From Psychrobacter sp. DM4 (GTDB lineage: Bacteria > Pseudomonadota > Gammaproteobacteria > Pseudomonadales > Moraxellaceae): 32,000 bases of DNA. The notes beneath the pieces are model-generated. The model worked only from the letters and a program-made list of their open reading frames with translations. It had not been told where the DNA came from and did no database searches. Shown here piece after piece: positions 30,464-32,000 of this stretch. A program made the translations under genes and the position numbers. Location of the stretch: NCBI RefSeq assembly GCF_051307035.1, contig NZ_CP195536.1, positions 450,001-482,000 on the forward strand. Reading direction: 5' to 3'. Every line of letters starts with the position of its first letter. Within the stretch, counting starts at the first letter, position 1.

Positions 30464-31999
30464 CTAAATTTTTTCAAAACGTGCGATAGATTCGACGTGA
30501 CCGGTATGACAGAACATGTCCATTACCCCTGCATGGGTGAGTCGATAACCCTGCTCAAGTAGCGCTTTGGTATCGCGCGCGAGCGTTGCTGGGTTGCATG
30601 ACACATAGACAATACGCTCAGCATTGAACTTCGGTAGATATTGCATAATTTCCCAAGCGCCAGAGCGCGGCGGATCGATAAGCAAAGCATCAAAACCTTG
30701 ATTGGCCCAAGGCTTATCGGTGCAATCTTGTGTTAGATCTTGAGCATAGAACTGAGTATTATTTATTCCATTACGGCGCGCATTGTCGGCTGCGCGCGCC
30801 GTCATCGCATCGCTGCCCTCGACACCAACGACCGTGCCGCTCGATCCAACCAAACGCGCTAACGGCAAGCTGAAGTTACCAAGTCCACTAAACAAGTCCA
30901 ATACGCGCTCGCCCGCTTTTAAGTCCAACAAGTCGCAAGCCAATTTAGTCATTTGACGATTGACTGAGAGGTTCACTTGAGTGAAGTCCGTTGGGATAAA
31001 CTCAAAGGTGAGATCGTACTCAGGTAGCTCATAATATAGACGACCAAACTGCTCGCTCAGATCGTCTTTATCCGTTAAGGCGATACGCTCGATAGTATCG
31101 ACGCCTTTAGATTGCAAATATAGCTGCCAGTTACGCGCTGCAAAAAAATCTTTGAGCTTATCGATATCACTAGTGGATAGAGGCTCTAGGTTGCGCACAA
31201 TCAAAGCAACGGGTTGATCTCCATCAGGCAACTCTGGCAGATATTCGCCCATTGCTAGCTCTAGCTGAGCGATTTTGTCGCGGCTCTCAAGCGTGCTAAT
31301 CAACGCTTTTAGGTTCTCAATTTCAAAACCAATGCGCGGATCTAGAATATGACATTCATTCAGCTCTGCTAAAAAATTACTGGAGCGTTCTCGAAAACCT
31401 ACTAGTGCCGTTTGTTTTTTGACCACATAACGTACGCCCAATCTTGCTTTGGTACGGTAGCCAAGCCTATCGCCAACTATAGGATCAAGCCAATGCTCAG
31501 GAGCGGTATTAGCCTGATGCATAAGCATCTCAGCAAGAACCGACTGCTTGAAGCTAATCTGCGCACCAGGCTGCCAGTGTTGCAAGTTGCAACCACCGCA
31601 GACACCAAAATGCGGGCACGGCGGCACGGCGCGCTCAATGTTAGGATTCGTAGTTACTTTGATCGCGTCCCCCTCTTCAAAGCTGGCGCGACTATTGGTG
31701 AGTTTTACCTCTACTTGCTCTCCTGGTAGTGCAAAGCTGACAAAGACTTTTTTGCCGTGCTTATCTAGCGCGTGACCTTGCTGCTCATCAAAGCCATTAC
31801 CGTATATAGCGACGCCGCGGCCGTCATGAGATAGTCCATCGATAGTGAAGGGTAGTGGCTCAGCTTCTTTTAGACGCCGACGGGTTTTGGTTGAGGGTTT
31901 GGACTTTTTCTTATTAGGCGGTACCGTAATGGTTTTGGCCGTGCCATCACTTGACGTATGATTGGCTATGTTTTGAGTATTGTGCTTATGTAGAGGTTG
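30464..31999 (-). CDS. rlmD: 23S rRNA (uracil1939-C5)-methyltransferase RlmD (5' end outside window)
   Basis: My hand translation shows the frame stays open upstream of the ORF-track start (GVG-type GTG at 31627) all the way to the window edge. It includes a TRAM domain ([16 protein letters not shown]...[19 protein letters not shown]), the Fe-S cysteines [10 protein letters not shown], a SAM-binding [15 protein letters not shown], and the catalytic [10 protein letters not shown]. Confidence 0.9.
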   Translation of the reverse strand, partial: QPLHKHNTQNIANHTSSDGTAKTITVPPNKKKSKPSTKTRRRLKEAEPLPFTIDGLSHDGRGVAIYGNGFDEQQGHALDKHGKKVFVSFALPGEQVEVKLTNSRASFEEGDAIKVTTNPNIERAVPPCPHFGVCGGCNLQHWQPGAQISFKQSVLAEMLMHQANTAPEHWLDPIVGDRLGYRTKARLGVRYVVKKQTALVGFRERSSNFLAELNECHILDPRIGFEIENLKALISTLESRDKIAQLELAMGEYLPELPDGDQPVALIVRNLEPLSTSDIDKLKDFFAARNWQLYLQSKGVDTIERIALTDKDDLSEQFGRLYYELPEYDLTFEFIPTDFTQVNLSVNRQMTKLACDLLDLKAGERVLDLFSGLGNFSLPLARLVGSSGTVVGVEGSDAMTARAADNARRNGINNTQFYAQDLTQDCTDKPWANQGFDALLIDPPRSGAWEIMQYLPKFNAERIVYVSCNPATLARDTKALLEQGYRLTHAGVMDMFCHTGHVESIARFEKI

Positions 32000-32000
32000 A

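Overview
The window looks like a largely conserved, housekeeping chromosomal segment of a gammaproteobacterium. Gene order and protein features suggest Moraxellaceae, possibly Psychrobacter-like, but that is inference and was not verified.

Gene order, left to right:
- smc (3' end), zipA, ligA
- a low-GC orphan gene, then two lipoprotein genes (-)
- ygiQ (-)
- two tandem paralogous small membrane-protein genes
- lrp/asnC-family regulator (-), rarD, smpB (-), coaD, yfhL-type ferredoxin
- RNase P RNA, tRNA(CAU)
- the lepA-lepB-DUF4845-rnc-era-recO cluster
- an orphan FimT/GspH-like minor pilin (-), an OmpA/OprF-like porin, typA/bipA
- an exported hypothetical (-), mutM (-), relA (-), and rlmD (-, 5' end outside the window)

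Several starts in the ORF track are upstream artefacts and were re-set: ligA, lepA, typA, smpB, the fimT-like gene, one lipoprotein gene and era. No CRISPR array, IS element, integrase or prophage genes were seen.

Four low-GC patches stand out against flanks of roughly 48-58% G+C:
1. 4124-5609: one 477-aa gene placed 3 nt after the ligA stop. It carries a DUF2971-like motif set plus an unrecognised N-terminal module. This is my top candidate for an undescribed, possibly defence-type, function.
2. 9430-10600: tandem paralogous small membrane proteins.
3. 11068-11292: the lrp-rarD control region.
4. 21415-22546: the orphan fimT-like pilin plus a 577-bp AT-rich spacer.

All family assignments come from motif recognition by eye and need HMM or BLAST confirmation.
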